Source: Puccinia triticina
Lineage: Eukaryota
DNA: 64,000 bases
Reading direction: 5' to 3'
NCBI GenBank assembly: GCA_026914245.1
Contig: CP110440.1
Coordinates: forward strand, 2,294,001 to 2,358,000
In this document: positions 22,962 to 36,214 of the stretch, piece after piece
How positions within the stretch are numbered: position 1 is the stretch's first letter
Layout: every line of letters begins with the position of its first letter
Position numbers and translations under genes: made by a program
The notes under the pieces: generated by a model
The model's database searches: none
Told to the model about the DNA's origin: nothing
Seen by the model: the letters and a program-made list of their open reading frames with translations, nothing else

Positions 22962-23482
22962 CACTACAATTTGTTAAGATTTCAGCTCAACAAGAAGAGG
23001 CACCAAAGGGGGAGGGACTATCTGGGTTAACTGATAGGAACAAGGAGCAAGAAATGAGTTTGATCATTGGCTCAGACTTGATGATTTTTATTTCATGTCC
23101 GAGGAGCAGACTTTAACCAAACAACTAGAGAGCCCCCTAGCAAGATCCAAAGGGGGACCTAACAACAATAACAGGGGACAGGACAGGTAACATGAACTGG
23201 TGACAGGGAACAGGAGACAAGTCATGGCCACTTGGCCATACAGATCAGGACAGGTGACAGGAACAGGGGACAGGAACAGGGGACAGGAAAAGGGGACAGG
23301 AAAAGGAGGACCACTTGGTCAAACAGGAAAGGACAGGATTTGACCACTTTTTTGGACAGGAAACAGGGGCCACTTGGCCAGACAGATAATGTGAGCGGAA
23401 GATGAAGTCAGAATTCTGACACACTTGGGGGAAAAACTGTGTTAGCCAAGCTGTTCTAACAACAGCCATTTTGCCTGTAGTG
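22962..23482. mobile_element. possible non-autonomous CACTA remnant
   Basis: CACTACA...TGTAGTG ends, flanks CTA/TTA, internal GACAGG repeats; the TIR is only 7 bp. Confidence 0.3.
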
Positions 23483-25223
23483 TTATGTTGCTGCTACTGC
23501 CCCTAGACTACGGAGCTTTCAGCAGAAAAAAAAGACCAAAACCTCCAAAGAGCTTTAAAAAAGTGTAGTAGGTTTTTTTTTTTGACCTGTGCACTATAGA
23601 AACTCAGGCTCACAATTGGGGGCCTCATTGGGAAAAATACTCACCTTTTCATAATTCTAGACTGCTTAAAAGCCAAAGGACTGATCATCCTGATTAAATC
23701 AAACAAACAACTCTTAAAATTCCGAAAAATTCACTAAAAAAAATCTTTCTACATATCCTACTAACGTCAAAATTCTTTAAAAAACATCTTAAATTGACTC
23801 TATCTAAGTATATTAAATCCACACTTTTATGGAAATTAGGATCAAGGGTTTCCCCTGCAATTTTCTGAAAAGGGGCTTAAAATTTAGCCCCCTGTAAATG
23901 GAAAATTGGCACTTGCGTCCAACCTCCAATTTTCTCAGGTATCAGCATATTACGCTTAATACCGCAAGAAAATTAATTTAAATTCCCCAAACATAAATGC
24001 CTTGGAATTGCCCCCCAATTCCTGAACCAGGAATGAAAAGGGGCAGGATTCAACCCCCTTGTGCCAGTCGCAATTGCAAGGGCAGGAGGGGGGCAAAAAA
24101 AATGCTCAGCGCACAATTGCGGAAAATGTCCGCCTCAGGTTGAAATCAATTGTAATTGACGGAGGGGGGGTTAAAAACCTGTGCAAATGCAACAGGGCAG
24201 TAAAAACAAAATTGTCCCCCTTGGGCCTATTGCAAGTGCACAGGTAGAAGAGGACAGGAAGGGGTCTGCTCAAACTGCGCAAATGCAACAGTGGAGCTGG
24301 AGGCGCCGCCGGGGGAAAAGGAAGTCAGGGAGCCTGATATATAAGTTCTTCCCCAGGCGCCTGCACCAAGGGATTGGTTTCAGGCGTGAAGTCAATTTGG
24401 AATACAAGTACCTTGAACTGGTTCCTGTACGCAGTGTCAAGCGCCTCGCGTTTCGGACCTTCAACCAACAGGGTATGCCACCGCGCCACATTTGATTTGG
24501 CAGGAGGATCAATGTCATCACCTGCTACAAAACACTTTGGAGGCGTGTTTGAGGCTGGACCCTCATTGGGAGCGGTGCCTTCCAAACAGTTGCCCCGCCA
24601 GCTTGCCAAGAGGGAAGTTCCTCCCGGCAAGCTGGTATTGTATACCAGCTCGCGCGAATTGGGCCTGGCGGAAGAATGCCATCAGAAATAAGTTTGGCAC
24701 TGAGAACTGGAAATGGAAAATGCAACAGGAGTTTGAAAGTGATCACTTTGCTTATGATGGGAGAAAAATCCATAAATGGTTTGGTAATGAAAGAGAAAGA
24801 CTGAAAGCTTATCAACCTGAGCTCAGTCAGTATCTCATTTGTGAGAAGATCTTAAAGCAATGCCCTCCAAATCTTGAGCACACTATCAAAAGCAGATACA
24901 AAGTAGATGTTACTGAAATGAGCTTTGAGGATATGGTTATAATTGCTGAGGAAGTCATAGACAGAGTCAAGAAAAGGAACAAGCCTGTGACAAACAATTA
25001 TAGGGAGTTGAAAAATCGACTCCCAAGAATTAATAAATCAACTCCCAAAAGCCGTTTACGTCGCGCGGACCATCTGGGGACGTCCCCCCTGGGTCCTTGG
25101 GACCTCGCGCGGCCCCAAAAGCATTTTGTGAGTCAATTCATTAATTCCCCTCTTGAGAATGGGAGTTGATATATTAATTTAACAAAAAATGACGCAATAT
25201 ACAAAAAAATTTATATCTTGTCA

Positions 25224-26124
25224 TAGAGATGGGCGCACAAAACCCGTTGCGGTTATCCGCTATCCACTGGCGGGTACCCGCTGGAGGCCCTTGTGTACCC
25301 GCCAGCGGATGCGGATGCGGATGCGGATGTCTGAGATTCCGGCAGAATCCAGCGGGTACCCGTGTATTCCGGCGGGTATCCGCTCTCCCTAGGGTATGGG
25401 AGCTGCGGCGGTTGGCAGCCATAAAGCCGTTCTATGTTGCTGTTGATCGGGGGGAGTCGCTCCCGGTTGACAGCAACATAAAGTAGTCGACCGGGATGAG
25501 TCCTTCCTGGTCAACAGGCATATGTATTGAGCAGTTGACCGGGAGAAATCCCTCCCGTTGACAACTAGACATACCAGTCAACCGGGAGGAATCCCTCCCG
25601 GTCGATGACTATACACACCAGTCAACCGGGAGGAATCCCTCCCAGTCGACAGGTATGTCTAGTTGTCAACCGGGATGAGTCCTTCCCAGTCAACAGGCAT
25701 ATGTATTGAGCAGTTGACCGGGAGAAATCCCTCCCGGTTGACAACTAGACATACCAGTCAACCGGAAGGAATCCCTCCCGGTCAACGATTATACACACCA
25801 GTCAACTGGGAGGAATCCCTCCCGGTCGACAGTCATATATCAAGCAGTTGACCGGGAGGGGTCCCTCCCGGTCAACAGCCATATCGAGCAGCTTACCGGG
25901 AGGCATCCCTCCCGGTCCACAGCCATATGGAGCAGTCGGCAGGGAGAAGTGCCTCCCGGTTGACTGACATATGCAGCAGTCAACCGGTAAGCACGTTTTG
26001 AGGGGCGGGTATCCGCCCAGGCACGCGGGTACCCGCTGTCGGATGCGGATGCCAGGAAATGGCTAAAATTGGCCGCGGGTATCCGAACACACGCGGGTAC
26101 CCAGATGCAAAGCGCCCATCTCTA
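25224..26124. mobile_element. non-autonomous hAT (TAGAGATGG family)
   Basis: TIR TAGAGATGGGCGC; 8-bp TSD TCTTGTCA; internal palindromic tandem units of about 42 bp; empty site in the opposite arm at about 28630-28650. Confidence 0.92.
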
Positions 26125-26698
26125 TCTTGTCACTGTTGTACCCAAACACCCTAAACCTTTTACAGCAATCTAAATAGACTCTTGAGAGAATATTGTGAGC
26201 TTCACAGTATTATTACTCCTCAGGGAGAACCTGTGTAGCCGGGGGCGGATTTGGCGGATTTCCTACTAAGGCAAACCGCCAAAACCTTATCTACAGTGCT
26301 CCAAACAGCCCCAAATTTTTTCTGCTATAAGAATAAACTATTTGAAACATATGGTAATCTTCACGGCATTAGCCCTACACAGGGAGACCCTGTGTAGCCG
26401 GGAGGCGGATTTGGCGGATTTCCTACTAAGCCAAACCCCCAAAACCTTATTTACGGTGCTCCAAACGGCCCCAAGTTTTTTCTGCTATAATAATAAACTC
26501 TTTAAGACATATTTTAAGCTTCACGGCATTAGCAATCCTCAGGTAGACCCTGTGTAGCCGGGGGGCGGATTTGGCGGACTTCCTACTAAGGCAAACCCCC
26601 AAAACCTTATCTATGGTGCTCCAAACAGCCCCAAATTTTTTCTTCTATAATAATACACTCTCTAGAAAACATTATAAGCTCCAAGGAGGTATTACAAA

Positions 26699-27346
26699 CA
26701 GCGGTGGGCAGATGCGTTACTTTACGTTACAGCAGTGAAATTGGATAACGTAACATCTTTTTAGTTATCCAAATTGGCCATTTTGGTAACGTACAAAATT
26801 CTTGCAGTAAAGTATAGTAAAGTAATTTTTTTTTCAACCTGATTTTTTATGTTTTTGGTAACGTAACTTTTTTGATATAGAGCTTTTTGTAAAGGGGGTT
26901 CAGATTATTGAAAAAAAAGAGCAAGTTGGTATGACGTCTTTAGCTTATTGGTTAAGGCTTGCCTCTCTCAGGTTAGTGACGTTTGAAGGTGTGGGTTCAA
27001 CCCTCACTCTGAACAACTTTTAATGTGGCTTCCTGGCAGCATACTGAGTTTATGTGGTTGTTTAGTGTCAACTTGAGCAAACATCTCGCTCATATTGATA
27101 AAAACAACCACAAATCAGGGCCTTTACCAGAAAGTTACACCAAAGTTACCCAAATCTGGGAAAAAATGTAACGTAACTGGTTTTGTTCAAAATAACCAGG
27201 GAACGTAACTAGATAAATTGGAGGCCATTTTCTGCAGGAGATATCGTAACTCCAAATTAGATATCTGTAACTAGCAGATAACGTAACTGTAAAGGTTACG
27301 TTACCGGCAGAGTTATCCATTTGGAGAACATATCTGCCCACCGCTG
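26699..27346. mobile_element. non-autonomous hAT-like element, 7-bp TSD
   Basis: TIR CAGCGGTGGGCAGAT; TTACAAA on both sides; empty site at about 27585-27606 (reverse strand); GTAAC subterminal repeats. Confidence 0.88.
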
Positions 27347-30300
27347 TTACAAATCAGGCACACCTTCTATCAACCGTGGTGTAGCGTAGCACAGCGCAAA
27401 CGCACTATTTTTTAGCGTAGTGTTAGTGAAATCAGGCGCATCTGCGCTAAAGCTAGGCGCACAGGGTGCAAAGCTATTTTGGCTTTTAGTTTAGTGTTAG
27501 CGCAGATACGCGCATTTGCGCTAATGCTACGCTAAAAAATAGCGCATTTGCGCTGCGCTACGCTACACCACGGTTGATAGAAGGTGTGCCTGATTTGTAA
27601 TACCTCATTGGAGCTTATGATGTTCTCTAGAGAGTGTGTTCTTATAGCAGAAAAAATTTGGGGCTGTTTGGAGCACCATAGATAAGGTTTTGGGGGTTTG
27701 CCTTAGTAGGAAATCCCCTAAATCCGCCCCCCGGCTACACAGGGTCTCCCTGAGGATTGCTAAAGCCGTGAATCTTAAAATATGTCTTAAAGAGTTTATT
27801 CTCATAGCAGAAAAACCTTGGGGAAGCTAAAGACGTGATACCAACTTGCTCTTTTTTTCAATAATCTCAACCCCCTTTACAAAAAGCTCTATATCAAAGA
27901 AGTTACGTTACCAAAAACATAAAAAATCAGGTTGAAAAAAAATTTACTTTACTATACTTTACTGCAAGAATTTTGTACGTTACCAAAATGGCCAATTGGG
28001 ATAACTAAAAAGATGTTACGTTATCCAATTTCACTGCTGTAACGTAAAGTAACGCATCTGCCCACCGCTGTTTGTAATACCTCCCTGGAGCTTATAATGT
28101 TTTCTAGAGAGTGTATTATTATAGAAGAAAAAATTTGGGGCTGTTTGGAGCACCATAGATAAGGTTTTGGGGGTTTGGCTTAGTAGGAAATCTGCCAAAT
28201 CCGCCCCCCAGTTACACAGTGTCTCCCCGAGGATTTCTAATGTCGTGAAGCTGAAAACATGTCTTAAAGAGTTTATTCTTATATCAGAAAAAATTTGGGG
28301 CCATCTGGAGCACCGTAGATAAGGTTTTGGGGGGTTGCCTTAGTAGTAAATCTGCCAAATCCGCCTCCCGGCTACACAGGGTCTCCCTGTGTAGGGCTAA
28401 TGCCGTGAAGATTACCATATGTTTCAAATAGTTTATTCTTATAGCAGAAAAAAATTGGGGCTGTTTGGAGCACTGTAGATAAGGTTTCGGCGGTTTGCCT
28501 TAGTAGGAAATCCGCCAAATCCGCCCCTGGCTACACAGGTTCTCCCTGATGAGTAATAATGCCGTGAAGCTCAAAATATCCTCTAAAGAGTGTATTTATA
28601 TTGCTGTAAATCTTTTAGGGTGTTTAGGTACAACAGTGACAAGATATAAATTTTTTTGTATATTCCGTCATTTTTTGTTAAATTAATATATTGACTCCCA
28701 TTCTCAAGAGGGGAATTAATTAATCGACTCCCAAAATGCTTTTGGGGCCGCGCGAGGTCCCGAGGACCCAGTGGGGACGTCCCCAGACGGTCCGCGCGAC
28801 GTAAACGACTTTTGGGAGTCGATTTATTAATTCTTGGGAGTCAATTTTTCAACTCCCCAATTATAATGCTCCAAACAGATCCCAATGGAGAAATAATCCT
28901 GCCCCTGAGAAACTGATAAGCCAACTGACTCCTCTTCAAAAAGGAATCCTGTCTCTGCCCCTGAAAAGGAAAAACTCATATGTCATTTCTGCAAACAAAC
29001 TGGCCACTTCTCCAGGGAATTCCCTAAGAAGAAGAACAGAATCAATAATGTAGGAATGTATGATGATGATGATCCCAAGAGTGACAATGGAGAAGATCAA
29101 GGTGAGCCACAAAAGTCTGAATCAGAACTGGATGAAGTGGAAGAGAATCATAGAACCAACCACATGATCCTTGCCATGGACAATGGAAATGGTGCCAATT
29201 ATGATCCCTTAGTTGACTTTGATTTTGGAGCACATGCTTTAGAGCGTGAGATAAACCAAGACTTCTCCATTGCTGAAATCCAAGCTGAAACTCATCAACT
29301 TCAGACCTGGGACAAATCCTACCAGTCTTCCAATGTAGAGGATGCTAGACTGATGAAATGTAAACCTGATAGAGGAGAAGCTCATCTCACTGGAAAAGCT
29401 AATCTCACTACTGTCCTCATTGAATCCAGGGAACAATCATGTCTTCTTGATAGTGGAGCTTCTTGCTCAATCATCAGCAACAGATTGCTAGATTCTATAA
29501 TACCAGAATGGGAAAACAAGCTCATGCCAATCAACCATGCTAAATTCCACAGCTGTAGTGACCAATTACAGCCAATGGGCATAATAGAAATGGCTTTGAT
29601 TTTTCCTCACACCAAAGGTTCAGTAAGAATTCTAGCAGAATTTGTAGTTATTAAAAATGCAAGAATCAACTACCTTATACTTGGAAATAATTACATGTCT
29701 CTGTATGGTTTTGATATCACAAACAGTAAGGGGAGATTCTTCACCATTAGAAATGAGAACAAGAAGAAGAAATTCAGTTTCAAATCCCATCATCTAGAGA
29801 AAATGAGTCCTTGCAATGAAATTTCTGCTGTAAAGAAGTCAAATCCTCAACTGCAATAATTTATTGCAGAAGAACTTTGTGAAGCCAAGTTCAGTGATAA
29901 GCTAACCATTGAGCAAGAAGAGAAGCTGTTTGAAGTCCTCTATAATAACAACCTTGCCTTCTCTAACACCAATCAGCCCCTTGGTGCCATTAAAGGCCAT
30001 GAAGTTCATCTCAAGTTGACAACTGAGAGGCCTTATCATCCTCTTCTCAGGAGACCTCCTTATCCTGCCAGCCCCAAAAGCAGAGAAGCTCTTGAGAAAC
30101 ATATTGAAGAGCTAGTAAACCTGAATGTTCTAAGGAAAGTTGGCCATAATGAAGTAGTTGAGATCACCACTCCTGTAATCATTGCCTGGCATAATGGAAA
30201 GTCCAGAATGGTAGGGGATTTCAGAGCTTTAAACTCCTATACTGCCTCAGACAGGCATCCCATTCCTAAGATCAGTGAGACTCTGAACAACCTAGCCAAA

Positions 30301-30867
30301 GCTAAATATCTGACTAGTATGGATGTACTCAAAGATTTTAACCAGAATGTCATTGCAGAAGATTCCAGACACCTGCTCAGGATTATTATGCACAAAGGAA
30401 TCTATGAATACCTGAGAATGCCCTTTGGAATCAAGAATTCCCCCTCTCATTTCCAGAGGATGATGGACATTGAGTTCAGAAACAAAATTGATGAGAAGTG
30501 GGTCATTATCTACATTGATGATATCATCATTATGTCCAACACTTGGGAAGAACACCTTGATAGGATAGACAGGATACTGAAAGTTGTCATCAACATGAAC
30601 ATGAAAATCTCCCTGAAGAAGTGTAACTTTGGATTTGACCAGATCAAAGCTCTAGGCCATCTTGTCTCTGAAATTGCCATAGGAATAGATCAGAACAAAG
30701 TAGCTGCTGTCCTCCAAAAGCCTGTGCCTAGTAGTAGGAAAGGAATGCAATCCTTTCTTGGTTTTGCTGGTTAATACAGACAACACATTGAGAAGTTAGC
30801 AGAGATAGCAAAACCTCTAACTGAGCTCACCAGGATTGATGTCATATATGAGATGACTCATCGTAGG

Positions 30868-31677
30868 TAGAGATGGCCCCTGTGAACCCGGGTACCTGTT
30901 CGGATGCGGGTACCCGCACGCTTTTTTGCCAAAAGTTCGACACCCGCACCCGCACCCGCACCGCCTGGGGCAGTCAGAGCGGGTACCGGCGGGTACCTGC
31001 CCCTCAAAATTGACCAGAAGGAATATTCCTTCCATTCAAAGAGGTTGCAAAACCTCCTTGACTGGAAGGAATATTCCTTCTGGTCAATTTTGAGGGGCAG
31101 GTACCCGCCGGTACCCGCTCTGACTGCCCCAGGCGGTGCCTTCCGGTCGAAGAGGTTTTGTAACCTCTTCGCCTCGAAAGGCCTTCCAGTCAAAGAGGTT
31201 CTGTAACCCCTTTGACCGGAAGGATTCCTTCCAGTCAAAGAGGAATCCTTCCGGTCAAAGTGGTTTTGTAACCTCTTCAACCGGAAGGCCTTTTGAGGCA
31301 AAGAGGTTTTGTAACCTCTTCAACTGGAAGGCCTTCCTTCCAGTCGAAGAGGTTACAAAACCTCTTCGACCGGAAGGAATCCTTCCGGTCAAAGGGGTTA
31401 CAGAACCTCTTTGACCGGAAGGAAGGCTTCCCCAGTCCTTCCGGTTGTCGTGGCAGCCGCCACCTGCCCAAACAAGAGCGGTTACCCGCTAGAATACCCA
31501 GGTACCCGCTAGAATACCCGGGTACCCGCTAGAATACCCGGGTACCCGCTTGATTTCTCTCAGAAATCCAGCATCCGCACCCAAACACGCACACGCTGGC
31601 GGGTACCCGCCAACCATGGGCGGGTACCCGCCAGCGGATAGCAGGTACCCGCGACGGGTTCCTTGGGGCCATCTCTA
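30868..31677. mobile_element. non-autonomous hAT (TAGAGATGG family) inserted in pol
   Basis: TIR TAGAGATGGCCCC; TSD ATCGTAGG/ATTGTAGG; GGGTACCCG subterminal repeats; internal palindrome at about 30960-31140. Confidence 0.9.
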
Positions 31678-33840
31678 ATTGTAGGATAGTAGCCTACAAC
31701 TTGTTAAAAGAGAAACTGACCACAGCTCCCTTGCTACTGTTCCCTGACTGGGCCCATCCTTTCACACTATATGTAGATGCTAGTATGACTGGTTTAGGTG
31801 CTGCTTTACATCAAGTCCAAGTCATTGATGGAGTAAGAAAAGAGGGACCTGTTGTTTTCATATCCAGACAACTAAAGGACAGTGAAACAAGATATGGTGC
31901 CAGTCAACTTGAATGCTTATGCCTTGTTTGGGCCCTAGAGAAACTCCATTACTACTTAGATGGCAGTGTATTTCATGTTGTAACAGATTGCACAGCTTTG
32001 AGATGACTGCTGAACATGAAGACTCCTAACAGACACATGCTCAGGTGGCAGATTGCCATTCAGGAATACAGAGGCAACGTGACCATAATCCACAGAGATG
32101 GGAATATTCACAAGAATGCTGATGGACTTAGCAGATGGGCTTTTCCAAATGATCCTAGTAACCCTGCTTATGACCCAGAAGACAAAGATGATGATAGATT
32201 CCCCATCATGGGCATCCATGTCTCTACTTTCAAGAATGAGTTCTTTGACTCAGTAAGAGAAGGTTACAAGCAAGATAAAAACATGGTTATATTGTCTGAG
32301 ATTTTGTTGAAAGATGCTAAAGATGCCCAGCTGAAAAACTCTCTGCAAGATCCTTGGAGAAAGCTATATGATGAAGGAAGATTCTATATATTTGATGGCC
32401 TCATCTACTTCAGAGAAAAACATAACTCTGTCCTAGTCCTAGCTGACAAAGAAAGCATCAACACCATCCTACATTAATGCCATGACAGTGTCTACTCTGG
32501 TCATCTTTCTGAAGACAGGACTTTGGAGAAATTAGCTGATACTGCCTGGTGGGCTAATTGGAGACAAGACACTGGTGAATTCTGCTCTTCCTGTGATAGA
32601 TGCCAGAAAGCCAATGAAGCCACAGGCAAGAGATTTGGACTGCTCATGAAAATTGAAGAACCTTCAAAGCCATGGGATGTGATTAACATGGATTGGGTAA
32701 CTTTCTTGTCTCCTGGAGGAGCTGCTAGTTTCAATTCTTGTCTGGTAATAGTAGACAGATACTCTAAGACCCCCATATTTGTACCCTGCTTCAAGGATGA
32801 CCCTGCCATGGACACTGCCATACTGCTTTGGAACAGAGTAATGCCTAGAACTGGCATCCCCAGAATCATCATCTCTGACAGAGATCCCAAGTTCATATCT
32901 GAATTCTGAACTGGTTTACATAGTATGCTAGGAACAAAACTCTCCTTCTCCACTGCTTACCACCCCCAGACTGATGGATTAGCTGAAAGAATGATTCAAA
33001 CACTTGAAGATATGATCAGGATGTTTTGTGCATATGGTCTAGAATTCAAAGACAATGATGGATACACTCATGACTGGGTTCCACTTCTACCAATCCTTGA
33101 GCTAGCATATTGCACCAGAATACATTCAACCACTGGAAAACCCCCTGCCATCTTGGAGAAAGGCTGGATCCTGAAACTTCCCAGAAATTTCTTGAAACAA
33201 AACTCTGTAGACATTCATCCTACTGCTCTTGCCTATGGGAAAATCTTTGAGAAATCAGGAAAACATGCTGAAAAATGCACAACAGAAGCTACCTCTTACA
33301 ACAAAGAAAGATGGGACAAGACTCACAAAGAAACATCCTTTAAAGTTAGTGATAAAGTCCTGATATCCACAGCAAACTTCAACAACTTGTCTGGCCCTAA
33401 GAAGATGAGAGAATCCTTTACTGGACCATTCCTTGTGAAAGCTTTACATGGAAAGAATGCTGTAGAAGTAATACTGACTGAAGAGTTCAGCAGGAAACAT
33501 CCTACATTCCCTGTCAGTTTAGTGAAACCATACCGAGACCCCAATCCAGATAAGTTCCCCCTGAGACAGAAGGTTAAATTTGTCATTCCCCCCATGGATA
33601 AGAGCCCTCAGAGTAAAGTCATACAGAATATTCTCAGATACAAAAGATTGAGAGTGGAGAACAGAGATGTTATGATGTACTTGGCTAGATACAAAGGCAT
33701 GAGTGCTGATCATGATGAATGGCTCCTTGAGAAGGACATTCCAGACTCTGCTATCCTTCTCAGGAAGTTCAGAAGTGAGAAGAGGTCTACCCCTGTGGTT
33801 TAATTTCTTACAGAAGTCCAACCCTTTTGGTGGTAGGGAA

Positions 33841-34762
33841 TGTCAGCCTTAGAGTCAACTCAGCTGACCCAAAGTCTGCCTTTTTCTACTTTTTACATAT
33901 TAATTAATTCATATCTTTTTCATTGTAAGAGATATCTTTGTTTTGATCTCATATTCTGTTTCCTCATGCAATTTTAACCCTATTTACAACTTACCAATTC
34001 TTTGTAACTCTACTCCTTCCCTGAGTTATTGAGTTGTAGCGCGCATGCTCAGTTGTGATGTGTCAGCGCTACCAGGCGCGCCAAACCACATGTACATACG
34101 TAAATTACATAAGCAAACTGTGAGAATTCTTGTAGTCAGGATCCCCCTTGCCTGAGGCAGATCTACAGACTCCAGCACACCAGAACCACACCCCAGATAA
34201 CCCCAGGATCACCATCAAAGAGTTTACAACACTCCCAGTATACCTACCGTCACAGGCGCCTAGGATATTGACAGTAAGTAACCTCTTTCACTGAACCTTG
34301 TTTATCTCAGAGGTAAAACTCTGTGTCTTACTTGATCTGCTCTTCTTTGCTGGCCTTTGCCTCATTCTTGATCACAGGGCTGTCCCTGCTTAACATCATT
34401 CTTTTTCTGTGGTTTTTGCAAGAAATAAACCACATAGGTTTCCCTTTAAAGAACCTTGAATATCCAGAAGGAAGCTAAAAAATTGTGGCTGGATTAAACT
34501 TGTCTAATCCAGGATCCCTCCACGTTTCTTTGGTGAGAGGAGGCTGTTGCACTCTCTAGCACAGCTTGGCAGCACTCTTCTGAAGAGGTAGCATTGCCAG
34601 TGGACGTGCATTCCCACCTGAATAACCTTGAATATCTGCTTATCTTGAATCTGTTCAGTTTCTCTCTCTCTCTTTCATTTGTATTTTCTTTATCCAAAGA
34701 AATCCAAATATTCCCCTCTTCTTTCTTGTGTCCTGCTGTCACTATAGAGACTCAGGCTCACA
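33841..34762 (+). repeat. 3' LTR of the chromovirus
   Basis: TG..CA ends, preceded by the PPT; end matches 23592-23614. Confidence 0.88.
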
Positions 34763-36214
34763 ACCCATGCCGGCACCTTCAGGCACCTCCCCCCCATCAT
34801 CAGCCTCAACGGGGTCTGCTACCTTATCTTCCAGTTCCTGAAGCTGCGGGCCAATCCCAGGGCAACACCGCCAAAGCCAGTGGTGCCATTGATGGCCCCA
34901 GCTGGTGGTGTCCAACTTATTGGGCTTATGCCCAACAACCCCGACAATCTTGGTTTATTGGGAGTACAACTTAGTTTTGAACTTGAGTCTTGAGCTCAAA
35001 CCTACCCAAACATGAAATTATGCTGTTTGTGAAGCTTTTAAGGTCAAACAAACTTTGAATATTGTAAAAAGGTCAAGTGAATTGAGTCCTGGAGTCAATA
35101 TATTTGCAGCCCAAAAATCCTGGTTGTCTCCAGGGAGCATTGAACGCAGGTCCTTGAGGTGGGGGTATAAGAGGTTGAGAAGAGTTCCTAGGCTGAGAAG
35201 AGTCAATGTCTCAAGTGGGAGTTGAACCAGGAACTGGGTAACAGGTGACAGGCATGTGATATGTCAACCAAGAGTTAAGAGAGATAGGAGAGTGAGTTCA
35301 GTTGTTATTACAGATTATAAAGGTTGTTATGAGTTTTTATGTGAGTTTTTATAGTAGGTAAGGGTGCTAATAATTGTGGGTGATGTCTGAATAACTGGTG
35401 AGTACTGAGCTGAGGGAAAAACAACTGGGGGAAGAGAGCTCCTTATATAGACAAATGTGAGGGATTTTAGCGACAAGGGGGGCCCTGGATGTGGGATTTT
35501 AGCTGGTGGCTGCGTACAAGTGGTGTCAGAAGATACTAGATACAGGCAAAAAGTGGGGTGAGAAATGAAAGATGATGTCATACAAATGCAAGGAGTGCAT
35601 AAAGAAAGCGGGGAAATGTCAAATACAGGGGTACCTCATGCAAGGGGTGCATGAATGGTGTCAGAATAATGCAAGGAGTGTAGAAATGGGGTCAGAAGAC
35701 TGCATGCAGCTGCAAGGGGTGCATAAATGAAGCTGGGACATGTCAAATACAGAAGAAATGAGGTTGGTCCCTTGCATATGCAGTGGAGATAAGAGGGATA
35801 GAAAAGAGTATGTGTTTGGCTGGGTCTGAGTATGTGTATACCTGGGAAAGGTGACTTGAGGGGTGCAACAGGTTCACAACTGGGGCTGGCCGTGTCCATG
35901 AGGGGTCCAAGAGGGTGTAACTTCCAATCCAGTGGGGTTCCGGTGATGCTTCCATTGGGGACTAGGGGTAAAATTGGCTGTAGAATCCGTTTCTGCTGTC
36001 CATTTGGTGCTATCTTGAGGTCTTCTGGGAGTAAAGGTATAAGTGAGTAAAAAACTTTTGATTTTTCACTTTTCCGTTGACCACAACAAGTCTTCCCTCT
36101 CGAAGGACTCTATTCAAGAGCAGTTGAATAAAAGAGACTGGTGAAGTGGATTGGGGATTAAACCTCCCCTGACCCGCACACAAGGGTCTTGGGAAGTCGC
36201 TTCCTGGCTTCCAG

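Larger units (their letters stand above)
25003..28857. mobile_element. foldback (long-TIR, MULE-like) element inserted in gag
   Basis: Ends GGGAGTTGAAAAAT / ATTTTTCAACTCCC; 8-bp TSD CAATTATA; arms inverted almost to the centre; gag reads through when it is removed (PVTNNY|NAPNRSQW). Confidence 0.88.
24667..33803 (+). pseudogene. gag-PR-RT-RH-INT-chromodomain polyprotein with stops and insertions
   Basis: CHFCKQTGH knuckle, LLDSGASCS, MPFG/YIDD, YVDAS, MDWVT/SDRD/HPQTDGLAER, GPF, chromodomain YLARYKG...DEWL; stops at about 29859, 30774, 32477 and 32909. Confidence 0.92.
23586..34762 (+). mobile_element. decayed chromovirus (Ty3/gypsy with chromodomain) carrying nested insertions
   Basis: About 30-bp remnant of the 5' LTR end (CACTATAGAAACTCAGGCTCACA, to 23614), then ATTGGGGGCCTC; PPT 33825-33840; 3' LTR 33841-34762. 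Confidence 0.9.

Noticed and set aside
23815..24666. Distinct element within the chromovirus 5' region
   Set aside because: Palindromic fragments present but no matched ends; left unannotated
25440..25990. Array of ~42-bp palindromic units resembling a CRISPR
   Set aside because: Lies inside a hAT MITE with TIRs and TSD; the intervening sequences themselves repeat
34960..36200. Purine-rich repeats and short ORFs as a gene
   Set aside because: No domain or splice model; probably decayed TE sequence
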